NCBI GenBank assembly: GCA_013343275.1
Contig: CP046106.1
Coordinates: 800,001 to 864,000 of the forward strand
Source of the DNA: Candidatus Nanohaloarchaea archaeon
GTDB lineage: Archaea; Nanohalarchaeota; Nanosalinia; Nanosalinales; Nanosalinaceae
Reading direction: 5' to 3'
Length of the DNA: 64,000 nucleotides
The first letter of the stretch is position 1. Every line of letters begins with the position of its first letter. Positions 37,167 through 46,945 of the stretch are shown here, one piece after another. Below the pieces are notes generated by a model. It saw only the letters and a program-made list of their open reading frames with translations. It had not been told where the DNA came from and ran no database searches. Both the position numbers and the translations under genes were made by a program.

Positions 37167-39566
37167 ATGCGAAAAACCTATGCGGCAGCATTTCTGCTTG
37201 TCCTGATCGCAGCAATATCCGCGCCCGTCGCCGCACAGGGAATAACAGGGCCAACACAGTCATTCTACAACGCAGACCCGATAGGGTTCGTAGACTCGCT
37301 TACAGTCACCGATATCAACAACGGCCAGGACTTCCTTGTATTCGTAATACTACCGCTTATAGGAGTATACGGCCTGATGTGGTTCCTGTTCTCCAAAGTA
37401 CTGCAGGTAGCAGAAAACAACTTTGCCGACAACTCCAGCCCTACGGACGATGATCTATCAGAAATGGGGCAGAAAGCAGCAGTACTGATGGCCGCAGCAG
37501 TCGCCGTAGTAACAGTCATGCGGTTCGGCAACTTCTCACCTATAATGACACTCATACTATTCCTCCTCGCACTATACATGCTATACAAAAACGGCCTCGG
37601 CTTCATCGGAGCAGGAGGCGGCGGAGGACAAGGCCCACCGGGACCACAAGGTCCACAAGGAGATCAAGGACCGCAAGGCCCTCCTGGAGATTCACCTGAC
37701 CTGCCTGATGATCTAGTAACGGAAGATGATATACCGGACGATATTGGCGGTGGTGATGGCGGTGACGGAGGTGATGGTGGTTCTCCGGGCGGAGGCGGCA
37801 GCCCATATCAGAACATGGATCTGGATCTCTCTAACCTCGTGGATATCGATAATGATTCTGCGCAGGAGATGGCTGCTATGATGCGTCAGGCTCAGCAGCA
37901 GATGCAGCAACAGCAGCAGATGCAGATGACCCCGGGTGTGATGCAGATGATGGCTTTGTTCCAGGGCCGTATGGCTCCAGGTAATGGCGGTGTAGTTATT
38001 CAGCCTCCTAACGGGCCTAATGTAACTGTTCAGCAGCAGCAGATTAATCAGCTGATGCAGATGATGATGCAGGTTATGTCGGAGGGTGATGAGGACTTTG
38101 ATATGAATGTAGCGATGCAGATGATGCAGGTTGTCGTCAAGAATGGTGGTGACTTGGATGGAGATCTTATTCAGGTTCTGGAGCAGTACTTCCAGAAGGT
38201 TGAGAATAATCCAAAGATTGTACAGATCAACAACATGGAGATAGAGAAGGTTGTTAACCAGCAGTACTACGATATCAGTCAGGTGATGGTTCAGCAGTTC
38301 CAGCAGTTCTTCAGCCAGAAAAACGTTGACATCGATGTTCTAGCCTACCACCAGTTCATCAACTTGCTGGAGTTAAACGTTACCGCAAACAGCGGAGATA
38401 CAGTAATTATACATGCTGATGAAGGCGACGTGGAGATCGATGCCTCGGTCATAGTCCAGTTCATTTCAGTCGTAGAAAACTATCCCTCATCCCAGATAGG
38501 AGTCCTTATAGAGAAACTTGTCAATGTGTTTGCCGACATTGACGGCCCGCTAACACAGGAGATCCTGGTCAACATCACGAATATAATGATAAATATAGAG
38601 GAGGGCGGAGATCCGAGTGAGGTAGGGCCTGACGGTGCAGAAATAAAGATTGAGGAGCTTGAGCTAGTGACTGTTGACGGCCATCAACCGTTCCCAAGAG
38701 TAAAGAAGAATGGAGGCTATGTCCATGTGGTTCCTGCTGGAGCATCTACCGATCAGATAGGTATACATGCAATGGTCAGCTGCAACCGGAACGATGGCCT
38801 ACAGCAGATAACGTTCAACTTTGATGATAACCAGAGAGATCTAGGCCTTAACTCCAGCAGTTTCGGCCACGACGAAAGCGATGTAGTTCCTCTAAGTGAT
38901 ATAGCCGGAAGCCACCAGTTCCAGGAAGGCCAGATGCATAACTTCGGCATCAACGTAGTAGGCCAGATGGGCAACAACGAGAACACTGTCGCACAGCTAG
39001 AGGTATGGGCACCAGTAGATACACCGGAAGAAACTCCTGAAATCCCGGCTCTTGAGCCAGGCCCTGATGCGCCGCCTCTGCCTGAAGGAGAGGGTGTTTC
39101 TAAGCTGCCTGAGGATATAGAAAAAATAATAGATGATCTTGAAGGAGAGATAGATATTGAGAAGGATGTTGTGCAGGAGAAAAAGGACGCAGAGAACAAG
39201 CTAGCTGATGCATTGAGAGAGCTACTTGATAATCAGGATATTCTACATGCCCTAGTTTACTTCAGACAGGTTGATTTCGATGCTCCTCACGCCGACGTCC
39301 ATCAGCAGGTTGAGAAAATAATCTCTAATCTGGATGGTATAGATGAGGCCTCTCAGCTTCATTCCGAAATGAGGAATATTCAGCAGGTTTTCGGGAAAGT
39401 TGAGAATGCTTTAGATGAGCTACAAGATGCTTACGATAAGATGTCGGGCAGTGCAGGAGTACAGGCGCAGGATCAGGCAGATCTGGAAGAGATTTCAAAG
39501 TTAGTAGATAAACTGTCGGAAGGAAGAGAAGTACGTGAATATCTAAGTAAGCATTACAACGTGTAG
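37167..39566 (+). CDS. Membrane protein with collagen-like, Gln/Met-rich and coiled-coil regions
   Basis: Signal peptide, 3 TM, seven Gly-X-Y triplets, QQM runs, helical C-terminus. Confidence 0.8.
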   Translation: MRKTYAAAFLLVLIAAISAPVAAQGITGPTQSFYNADPIGFVDSLTVTDINNGQDFLVFVILPLIGVYGLMWFLFSKVLQVAENNFADNSSPTDDDLSEMGQKAAVLMAAAVAVVTVMRFGNFSPIMTLILFLLALYMLYKNGLGFIGAGGGGGQGPPGPQGPQGDQGPQGPPGDSPDLPDDLVTEDDIPDDIGGGDGGDGGDGGSPGGGGSPYQNMDLDLSNLVDIDNDSAQEMAAMMRQAQQQMQQQQQMQMTPGVMQMMALFQGRMAPGNGGVVIQPPNGPNVTVQQQQINQLMQMMMQVMSEGDEDFDMNVAMQMMQVVVKNGGDLDGDLIQVLEQYFQKVENNPKIVQINNMEIEKVVNQQYYDISQVMVQQFQQFFSQKNVDIDVLAYHQFINLLELNVTANSGDTVIIHADEGDVEIDASVIVQFISVVENYPSSQIGVLIEKLVNVFADIDGPLTQEILVNITNIMINIEEGGDPSEVGPDGAEIKIEELELVTVDGHQPFPRVKKNGGYVHVVPAGASTDQIGIHAMVSCNRNDGLQQITFNFDDNQRDLGLNSSSFGHDESDVVPLSDIAGSHQFQEGQMHNFGINVVGQMGNNENTVAQLEVWAPVDTPEETPEIPALEPGPDAPPLPEGEGVSKLPEDIEKIIDDLEGEIDIEKDVVQEKKDAENKLADALRELLDNQDILHALVYFRQVDFDAPHADVHQQVEKIISNLDGIDEASQLHSEMRNIQQVFGKVENALDELQDAYDKMSGSAGVQAQDQADLEEISKLVDKLSEGREVREYLSKHYNV

Positions 39567-39620
39567 AAGCAGCCGGTTCAGGAATAACTAATAAAAACCT
39601 CTTTCTGTAGTAATTTACAC

Positions 39621-40142
39621 ATGGCAACAAACGTTGATGTCAATATCGACAACTTCATGAGCGATCTAAAGGATATTCTAAATGATCTAGAAAAAGAGGA
39701 GCAAATTGAGCAGCAGATAATTGAAGAGCAGAAAGATGCAGAAGAGAAGCTTGCTGAAGCTCTAAGAGATCTAACTGGGAGAGATGAGAAAGGTCAGTGG
39801 TCAGAAGGAGCCCAAGGTGCACTTCAGGCATTAATCCAGTTTAGAGATGTGAACTTTGATGCGCCTCATGCAGAAGTCCACCAGCAGGTAGAGCAGATCA
39901 TCAAGAACTCTAAAGGCATTAATGATGCTGCAAAGCTCCAGAGCCACTTGCAGGACTTCCATCATGGAATTGGAAATATTGAGAGAGCTCTAGAAGAGCT
40001 GCAGGATGTCTATCAGAGGACTTCTGAAGATGCTGAACATCAGAAAGCTGATGTTAAGGAGCTCAGAGAAATCCAGCAGGTTGTTGGCAAGCTTCAGCAG
40101 GGGGCACAGAGATACTCCAAGTGGGCACAGGGAGAACGATAG
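39621..40142 (+). CDS. Coiled-coil protein, paralog of the C-terminus of 37167-39566
   Basis: FDAPHA(E/D)VHQQVE shared between the two. Confidence 0.8.
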   Translation: MATNVDVNIDNFMSDLKDILNDLEKEEQIEQQIIEEQKDAEEKLAEALRDLTGRDEKGQWSEGAQGALQALIQFRDVNFDAPHAEVHQQVEQIIKNSKGINDAAKLQSHLQDFHHGIGNIERALEELQDVYQRTSEDAEHQKADVKELREIQQVVGKLQQGAQRYSKWAQGER

Positions 40143-40193
40143 TTTCTCTCCTACCCCCTTAACTTCTTAATATTCTAAACTTAGTTGCTTATT

Positions 40194-41651
40194 ATGCCAA
40201 GCAAGAAAAGTATCTTGTTTTCGACAGTATTTCTTTCCCTAATACCTTTATCAGCTGCTCAATCGGGCAACCAGTTCTTCACACTTTTCAGTGGTTATGT
40301 CGGTATGCCTGTAACTAATGGCCAGCAGTTCATAATGTATGTTCTTGCGCCCTTCCTGTTTGTATTTGCTATCTCCCGATTTATAGCAAAAGGCGCCTTA
40401 ATGAATGCAATGGAAAGCTCCGGGCTTGGCGGAGAAGTAGGTAAGCGAGCACCTACATTGATCGGCGTTGCGACAGCAGGCATAATGATGATACTGTTTG
40501 GCGGCGTACTGCTATGGCTGATTGTAATATTTGCAATTCTCGGAGCAGGATGGTTCCTACTCGGAAGTACAAAATATGCTGCAGATAGCACAGGTGTGAC
40601 TGGAGGCCTCAAGAAAGGAGCATCCGCGGTCAGCGATAGAATGGGCTCAGGGTCTTCTAGCAGCGGAGATTCTAGTGGTGTAACAGCTGAGAAGGTAAGT
40701 GATATGCTAGATGATAGAATAGATCAGCTGAAGAGTGAGTTATCGTCTATTGATGATGAGGAGCAGGATGAGAAACAGAAGGAAGATCAGACAGAGCAGG
40801 AGGAAGAAGAAGGTCAGAATCCTGATCAGGTAGAGGACGAAATAGAATCTGAAGAGGCCGAGTTGATGGATATAGTTAAGAAACTGGAGACGGTTGAAGA
40901 ACAGTTGAACGGTCTCGAGAGCGATATAGACTCCATAGAAGAACTGGAGCTTGATGAAGTCCAGAGGGATATGAGTAAGCTAAATGATGTGGAGAGTGTT
41001 GAGCAACAGGTAAATGAAGATCTACAGGACATGATTCAGAGAGCAAAGGCTGGTAGAGTAGATGAAGAAGTTCTGGAAGAGTTCGCATCTAATATGGCTG
41101 AGTGGGAGGATTATCTGCGAGAGCTGAGGCATGATATGGCGCATGAACATAATATCCATCAATCTGTCGATAAAATTCTAGAGGACCTGCGCGAGATGAG
41201 AGATGTTCTTGACTTTGCTGAAAGCGATATCCACAAGGCGGAAACGCTCGTCAATGAACTTGAAGATGAGGAGCAGAAGGCTGAAGCTCTGTCTCAGAAA
41301 TATGGCGCTCGTGAAATCTTTGAAGAAATTGAGCAGGATGAGTCTGAGACTTCAGACATAGAGTCGGAAATAAGAAATAAAGTAGTAGAAAGATACCAGG
41401 AACTTCAGCAAGGGATTGAAGATGAGATAGAAAGAGCTGAGGAATTGAAGGAGTATGATGAGCAGGAGTTCGATGAGATTCTGGATATAGTTCAGGGATT
41501 GGATCAAGAAGAAGGTGCTCTAAGCAATTTAAGGAATAGGTTTAGTAATGGCCCTCACGAAGAGTATGAACAGGAGCTGGAAGATATTATTGAGCATATA
41601 GAGGAGATAGAAAGTATGGCCCGGCAGTTAAGCTCGGAGCATCAGGCCTAG
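40194..41651 (+). CDS. Membrane-anchored long coiled-coil protein
   Basis: Signal peptide + 3 TM (VLAPFLFVF), then about 320 aa of acidic heptads. Confidence 0.8.
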   Translation: MPSKKSILFSTVFLSLIPLSAAQSGNQFFTLFSGYVGMPVTNGQQFIMYVLAPFLFVFAISRFIAKGALMNAMESSGLGGEVGKRAPTLIGVATAGIMMILFGGVLLWLIVIFAILGAGWFLLGSTKYAADSTGVTGGLKKGASAVSDRMGSGSSSSGDSSGVTAEKVSDMLDDRIDQLKSELSSIDDEEQDEKQKEDQTEQEEEEGQNPDQVEDEIESEEAELMDIVKKLETVEEQLNGLESDIDSIEELELDEVQRDMSKLNDVESVEQQVNEDLQDMIQRAKAGRVDEEVLEEFASNMAEWEDYLRELRHDMAHEHNIHQSVDKILEDLREMRDVLDFAESDIHKAETLVNELEDEEQKAEALSQKYGAREIFEEIEQDESETSDIESEIRNKVVERYQELQQGIEDEIERAEELKEYDEQEFDEILDIVQGLDQEEGALSNLRNRFSNGPHEEYEQELEDIIEHIEEIESMARQLSSEHQA

Positions 41652-41710
41652 AGTAGGTTTAGATATTTAAGTAAGGCTTAATAACACAATGCTAAGAGGT
41701 TTCAAAATAC

Positions 41711-41851
41711 ATGGCTCTGACAGTGGAAGCAATAATGAATAACCTGATGGCCTATCCAGAGGTAGCAGCGGTAGGCTTTGTAGCAGGTTTCCTTGCAAGA
41801 TGGTACATGGGTAAAAGAAATAACGGCGGCGCTGGAGGCGGCTGGGGTTAA
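41711..41851 (+). CDS. 46-aa single-TM microprotein (not in the ORF track)
   Basis: MALTVEAIMNNLMAYPEVAAVGFVAGFLARWYMGKRNNGGAGGGWG; GAGGT upstream; fills the operon gap. Confidence 0.65.
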   Translation: MALTVEAIMNNLMAYPEVAAVGFVAGFLARWYMGKRNNGGAGGGWG

Positions 41852-41855
41852 CACC

Positions 41856-42116
41856 ATGAAACGAGATACTAAATTCCACGAGTTTGTATACGAGATAGAA
41901 AACATTCTAGATGAACTCCTGATTGCGTTCCTATCGTTTGGAGCCATAGTAGTGTCGGTATGGACTCTTCAGAGAACTCAGGGTCTTACCATGAGTTCTT
42001 TCGGCGATATTATACAGCCGTGGATCGTAATGCTAGGCCTTATGATCATCGGGAGAGAGCTATGGATGATGAACCGCAACCTTGAAGAGTACTTGAGAAG
42101 AGAAGAAGGTGAATGA
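41856..42116 (+). CDS. Small 2-TM membrane protein
   Basis: MKRDTKFHEF.. start; ATGA overlap with the next gene. Confidence 0.7.
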   Translation: MKRDTKFHEFVYEIENILDELLIAFLSFGAIVVSVWTLQRTQGLTMSSFGDIIQPWIVMLGLMIIGRELWMMNRNLEEYLRREEGE

Positions 42117-42685
42117 GCAAAGTGGCTACAGGATTCGCCGCTCTAATCACTACTCTTGAAGGAGTAGATTTCTTCACACTCCTACTTCCTTTCCTAGTAA
42201 CCTATGTAGTACTTCTGTTCGGAGTACGTCAGATAGGCCATCTGGAAGATTCAAATGTTCCTCCGGTGGTAGCACTGGCAGGAGCATTCTTCCTGGCCTT
42301 CTTCCTCGCCAACAATCCAGGTTATCAGTCATTCTTCACACAGTACTGGGCCCGGATAGCAATAGGAATGATGGGAGTACTAGGCCTAGGAGCAATCCTC
42401 GGCCTTGCAGGATGGGGCAATGTATTGAGCGATTCCAAGCCGCTGGGAATGCTTGTGCTGATAGCAGGCTTCGCAGTATTCGCAAGAACCGGCGGTTTAG
42501 AGGCTATTATCCCTCTACCAGATACTACGGTCCAGCAGATGGTAAACACTGTGCTTAGCTCTCCACTTATCTGGCTTGTCCCGCTCGGATTTGTGATGTA
42601 CTGGACCTCACCATCATCAGGAGACGATGATGACGGAAGTTCACTGGAGGATAAACTGGACTTCGTCCTAGGCAGCGGTGATTGA
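42113..42685 (+). CDS. Polytopic membrane protein, LPF motif
   Basis: FFTLLLPFLVTYVVL; about 5 TM. Confidence 0.78.
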   Translation: MSKVATGFAALITTLEGVDFFTLLLPFLVTYVVLLFGVRQIGHLEDSNVPPVVALAGAFFLAFFLANNPGYQSFFTQYWARIAIGMMGVLGLGAILGLAGWGNVLSDSKPLGMLVLIAGFAVFARTGGLEAIIPLPDTTVQQMVNTVLSSPLIWLVPLGFVMYWTSPSSGDDDDGSSLEDKLDFVLGSGD

Positions 42686-42687
42686 TC

Positions 42688-43185
42688 ATGGGAGCAATTG
42701 AGCAGGTAATATTGACCATGGAAGAAATGGGCTTCAACGTATTCCTTCCATGGCTCCTAATATTCTCAGTCACATACGGCCTGCTTAACAAGTACGAACC
42801 TATCAGCGAAGAAACCCAGGTTAACGGCGTCATATCCCTGGCCTTCGCTTTCCTGTCCGTTATCGGTGTCACTAGTTTCGCCCCCGCAGGGATGTGGACA
42901 CATTTTGCCTCGGCTATAGCCTTCGGTATCTTCGGAATGCTTTCACTAATGATTCTTTTCGCAGTAGCAGGATATGATCTGGATGATATGGGAGAGGCCT
43001 GGTCGCTTCCATGGATATTTGCCGGAGTAATAGGAGTAGTTGCATTTGTGAGCGTGATAGTTGGATATGGAGGAGGAACTGCCCGTCTCATCGGCCAGGG
43101 CAACCTGTTTGATCAGGTAGTGATGCCTATACTCTCGCTGGTATTCGTGATAATAATAGTTCTGTTCACAACTCAAGACTTCTGA
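42688..43185 (+). CDS. Polytopic membrane protein, LPF-like motif
   Basis: GFNVFLPWLLIFSVTYGLL; about 5 TM. Confidence 0.78.
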   Translation: MGAIEQVILTMEEMGFNVFLPWLLIFSVTYGLLNKYEPISEETQVNGVISLAFAFLSVIGVTSFAPAGMWTHFASAIAFGIFGMLSLMILFAVAGYDLDDMGEAWSLPWIFAGVIGVVAFVSVIVGYGGGTARLIGQGNLFDQVVMPILSLVFVIIIVLFTTQDF

Positions 43186-43246
43186 TAAGCTAAAGTGAGA
43201 ACAGTTAACTCGAGAAAAATTTAGATAGAAAAAATTTGTGTATAGC

Positions 43247-44173
43247 CTACCAGTCCTCGATATCCATGTCGTCCATTTCCTGCTGTGAGACGTTTGTATC
43301 TGTCTCTATTCCTTTCTCCTGCTTGATTTCTTGAACTAGACTGGTCAGATCCCTTACATTGTCAACTAGGGAAGGTAGTACCTGCTGGAAAGCCTTCTCC
43401 AAGCCTCCTATCCTTGATTCATAGGAGTCAATATGGTCCTCCATCTCGTCTACTTTCTGCACGAACTGCTGCTGATCTTCATCGTCGCGGACTTCGAGCT
43501 CTTCAACTCTGTCCTCAAGTTCGTCTACTTTATCGGCAAGAATATCTATCTCATCAAAGACATCGTCGAAACGCTGCTCAACCCTCTGGAAGTTCTCGGA
43601 TACAATAGTTTCAATAAGCTCTTCAACCTCAGGGTCAACCGTGCCCTGTGAAGGATTAGCCATTTGCTGGCCTCCTCCCTGCTGAGGCTGTTGAACCTGC
43701 TGATTTTGATTATTGTTATTCTGGTTCTGATTGAATCCCTGATTTTGTTGAAAGTCTTGCTGCTGTTGCTGTCCATTGTTCTGATTCATCTGTTGATCTC
43801 CCTCTGAGTTACCATCGAAACCTTCATCCATAGGACTCACTGCCTCCTCCCCGTTATTATCTTGGTATGGGGTCATGGGCTCAGGACCTCCTTGATTACC
43901 GTTATTGCCAGTAGCTGAGCTCTTCACTGCGCTGTTGATCGCTCTCTCAATTTCCGTCTGTGAAAACTGGCCCTGTAACTCTTCTTTAATTTCCTCCTCG
44001 GAGTAACCCTGGTTGAACATATCTTCAACACGCCGCTCAACACCGTTACCTCCGAAGGAAGAGCCTTGTTGATTATTGCTGGAGCCGCCAAAATCTCCGA
44101 ATCCGCCGCTGCCTGAGTTAGAATCTCCTTGATCGCCATCGTCCTTTAATCTATCAAACAACTTGAATTCCAT
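43247..44173 (-). CDS. Q/N-rich coiled-coil protein
   Basis: QGYSEEEI motif, Q/N linker, EELIETIV then heptads. Confidence 0.78.
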   Translation of the reverse strand: MEFKLFDRLKDDGDQGDSNSGSGGFGDFGGSSNNQQGSSFGGNGVERRVEDMFNQGYSEEEIKEELQGQFSQTEIERAINSAVKSSATGNNGNQGGPEPMTPYQDNNGEEAVSPMDEGFDGNSEGDQQMNQNNGQQQQQDFQQNQGFNQNQNNNNQNQQVQQPQQGGGQQMANPSQGTVDPEVEELIETIVSENFQRVEQRFDDVFDEIDILADKVDELEDRVEELEVRDDEDQQQFVQKVDEMEDHIDSYESRIGGLEKAFQQVLPSLVDNVRDLTSLVQEIKQEKGIETDTNVSQQEMDDMDIEDW

Positions 44174-44217
44174 ACGGCTCGCCTACAAGTATAATACGGT
44201 TTCTGGTTTATAAACAA

Positions 44218-44649
44218 TTAATCCTTTTGTCTAAGCTTTTTCTCGACTATCCGCTCTACCTCTTCCTTACTCAGACCTCCATTACTGTTATTCTCATCTA
44301 TCAGCTTCTTTACCTCTTTCTTAGTCATGAAAGAAGAGTTGATGGGGTTCATCAAGTCCATGTAGTTCTCGATCTCCTCTATCTCCTGAGAAGTAACAAA
44401 CTTCCTCTTCTCCCGGTTAATCTCCTTAATGTCAACCTCCAGATTCGCGATTCTATCTCTTATCTCGCTCATATCGTCATTAATATCCTGTATATCATCG
44501 CTGAGAGACTTAGTCTTCTTCAAGAGGCTGTCATCGAGAGTGTTGACTCTCGCATTGATGTTCCTTACCTTTTCCTCCAGATCCCGGATCCTCCGGTTGA
44601 AGTCGTTTACCCTATCTACTAACTGATTTACAAGGTCTTGCTGAGGCAT
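44218..44649 (-). CDS. Coiled-coil protein
   Basis: Continuous heptads; YMDLMNP..F.TK.EV; divergent from the ATPase. Confidence 0.78.
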   Translation of the reverse strand: MPQQDLVNQLVDRVNDFNRRIRDLEEKVRNINARVNTLDDSLLKKTKSLSDDIQDINDDMSEIRDRIANLEVDIKEINREKRKFVTSQEIEEIENYMDLMNPINSSFMTKKEVKKLIDENNSNGGLSKEEVERIVEKKLRQKD

Positions 44650-44689
44650 TCACTTTTATTTTAGAAACGCGCCAATAATAATGCTGGGT

Positions 44690-46942
44690 ATGAGTGTAAC
44701 AGATAAAGACGTTTTCGAGTACGACTACGATGAAGAATCAGGAACGGTAGAGGTAAACACTCTAGGATCAGTCTATGGGGCAAGCCTCGAGGACTACCCG
44801 CAGGTTATGTCTCGAGTCATAAATATCCTGCAGGAAGTTCCTGATGCATCATCCGTAGTTCTATCCGAATCAAGAGACTATGAATACGATGAACAGCAGG
44901 TACAGTACCTCAAAGAGATAGCACAGGTAATACAGGACCTATCATCACAGGGCTACCTGTCTCAGGATGTCAAAACAGATAAATGCGACAATATTTACAG
45001 TCAGCATCTTCCCGACGTTCAGGAAAGCGTCTTCGACAAGATGCGTAAAGATCCGATAGGTGCATATGTACAGCTCACCAGAAAAAAGCGCCACCTTAAC
45101 CAGGATAGAGAGAACGCATATCCTGAAGAACAGCGCTGTCTCAAATACTTTATACAGGATGTACTCAACCCTGTAATCGACAGGATCGAGGAATGCCAGT
45201 TAATCCAGCAGGCCCAGCAATACCTTACAGGCCACCACGTAGGAGACAGAGAGATATACAGGGAGTTCTTCCATCCACTGGTCAGGCCTAACTTCATGCT
45301 TACAAAGTACATGAGCCTTCCTCCTGAGAGAGGAGAGGAGGTAGACCGCTATGAGGTAAGAGACGGCATCGAAGTATCGATTTACAGGGTACCAGACCAG
45401 ACAAGGCCTGTATATCACGTTAACCCGCCGGAGTTCAATCTTTCTGAGCAGAAATACACTCTGCTTGACGCAGCAAGGAGATACATGGCTTCCCACCAGC
45501 CGGAGGAGGGAGAGTTTGCAAGGCCTGAAAGAATGAATGAAGTGTTTGAAAACATCGGTAAAGATATGCTCAGGGATATTTCCAACCAGATGGGTATGGA
45601 CCTCTCACTGGAGGAGATAGAAGAGCTCGGATCCATACTCAACAGATACACCTCAGGCCTCGGCGTACTCGAGCTGCTTCTCGCAGACCCAAAGATCCAG
45701 GACGTCTACATTAACTCTCCTATCGGCGATTCTCCGATGTACATCTCTCATCAGGACTACGAGGAGTGCGAAACCAATCTCATTCCGACGAAGGACGAGG
45801 CTGAGTCGTGGGCCACCCGCTTCAGGATCCGTTCAGGAAGACCTCTTGACGAGGCAAACCCGGTACTGGATACAGAGGCCGAGGTTCCTGGAGGCCGGGC
45901 TCGTGTAGCTGTTATACAGGAAAATCTCTCACCGGAAGGCCTGGCGTTCGCATTCCGTAGACACCGTTCACAGGCCTGGACTCTCCCACTTTTCGTTGAC
46001 AACAACATGATAAACTCGCTGGGAGCGGCCCTGATATCCTTCCTTGTCGATGGTAATCGTTCAGTTCTATTTGCAGGCACCCGTGGTGCAGGTAAATCCT
46101 CCCTGCTAGGAGCCTCTATGCTTGAAATTATGAAAAGCCACAGGATAGTAACGGTAGAGGACACGCTTGAGTTGCCGATTCCGCAGATGAAGGACTTAGG
46201 GTACAATGTGGAGCGTATGAAATCCAGATCTGCGATTACTCAGGTCGAGAACGAAATGGCAGCTGATGAGGCCATCCGTACATCGCTCAGGCTTGGTGAC
46301 TCCGCTCTAGTTGTAGGAGAGGTTCGTTCCGACGAGGCAAAGGCCCTGTATGAGGCTATGCGTGTCGGAGCTGTTGCTAACTTCGTTGGAGGTACTATCC
46401 ACGGTGAGAGCGCTTACTCTGTTTTCGACCGTGTTGTAAACGATCTTGGTGTCCCTCGAACGTCTTTCAAGGCTACAGATATTATTGTCAGCGTGAATAA
46501 GATCCGTAGTCCTGATGGTATGGAGACTTACCGCCGTGTAACTGGTATTACGGAGGTTAGGAAGGACTGGCAGGATGATCCTCGGGAGGAGAATGCTTTC
46601 GTTGACCTTATGCGTTACGACAGCAATAAGGATGAGCTTGTGCCTACAGATGAGCTTATGAACGGCGAATCCCTTATCCTGAACCGTATTGCAGAGAACA
46701 TCAAGGAATGGAAGAACGACTGGGAGGCCGTCTGGGATAATATCAAGCTCAGGCAGAAGATAAAGGAGAGGCTGATCGAGGCCGATAAAGAGTCCGATAA
46801 AGATCTTCTCGAGGCCGATTTCGTGGTCAAGGCCAATCAGAGATACCATATTCTGTCGCAGAGAGTGAGGGAGGAGTACGGTTCTCTGGATAACGACAGG
46901 ATCTACGCAAGATGGAATGAATGGCTGGAACAGCAGGTGTAA
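44690..46942 (+). CDS. Type II/IV secretion ATPase (VirB11/CpaF/FlaI-like) with long N-terminal extension
   Basis: Walker A GTRGAGKS, Asp box TVEDTLEL, Walker B LVVGEVR, His box GTIHG. Confidence 0.94.
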   Translation: MSVTDKDVFEYDYDEESGTVEVNTLGSVYGASLEDYPQVMSRVINILQEVPDASSVVLSESRDYEYDEQQVQYLKEIAQVIQDLSSQGYLSQDVKTDKCDNIYSQHLPDVQESVFDKMRKDPIGAYVQLTRKKRHLNQDRENAYPEEQRCLKYFIQDVLNPVIDRIEECQLIQQAQQYLTGHHVGDREIYREFFHPLVRPNFMLTKYMSLPPERGEEVDRYEVRDGIEVSIYRVPDQTRPVYHVNPPEFNLSEQKYTLLDAARRYMASHQPEEGEFARPERMNEVFENIGKDMLRDISNQMGMDLSLEEIEELGSILNRYTSGLGVLELLLADPKIQDVYINSPIGDSPMYISHQDYEECETNLIPTKDEAESWATRFRIRSGRPLDEANPVLDTEAEVPGGRARVAVIQENLSPEGLAFAFRRHRSQAWTLPLFVDNNMINSLGAALISFLVDGNRSVLFAGTRGAGKSSLLGASMLEIMKSHRIVTVEDTLELPIPQMKDLGYNVERMKSRSAITQVENEMAADEAIRTSLRLGDSALVVGEVRSDEAKALYEAMRVGAVANFVGGTIHGESAYSVFDRVVNDLGVPRTSFKATDIIVSVNKIRSPDGMETYRRVTGITEVRKDWQDDPREENAFVDLMRYDSNKDELVPTDELMNGESLILNRIAENIKEWKNDWEAVWDNIKLRQKIKERLIEADKESDKDLLEADFVVKANQRYHILSQRVREEYGSLDNDRIYARWNEWLEQQV

Positions 46943-46945
46943 AGA

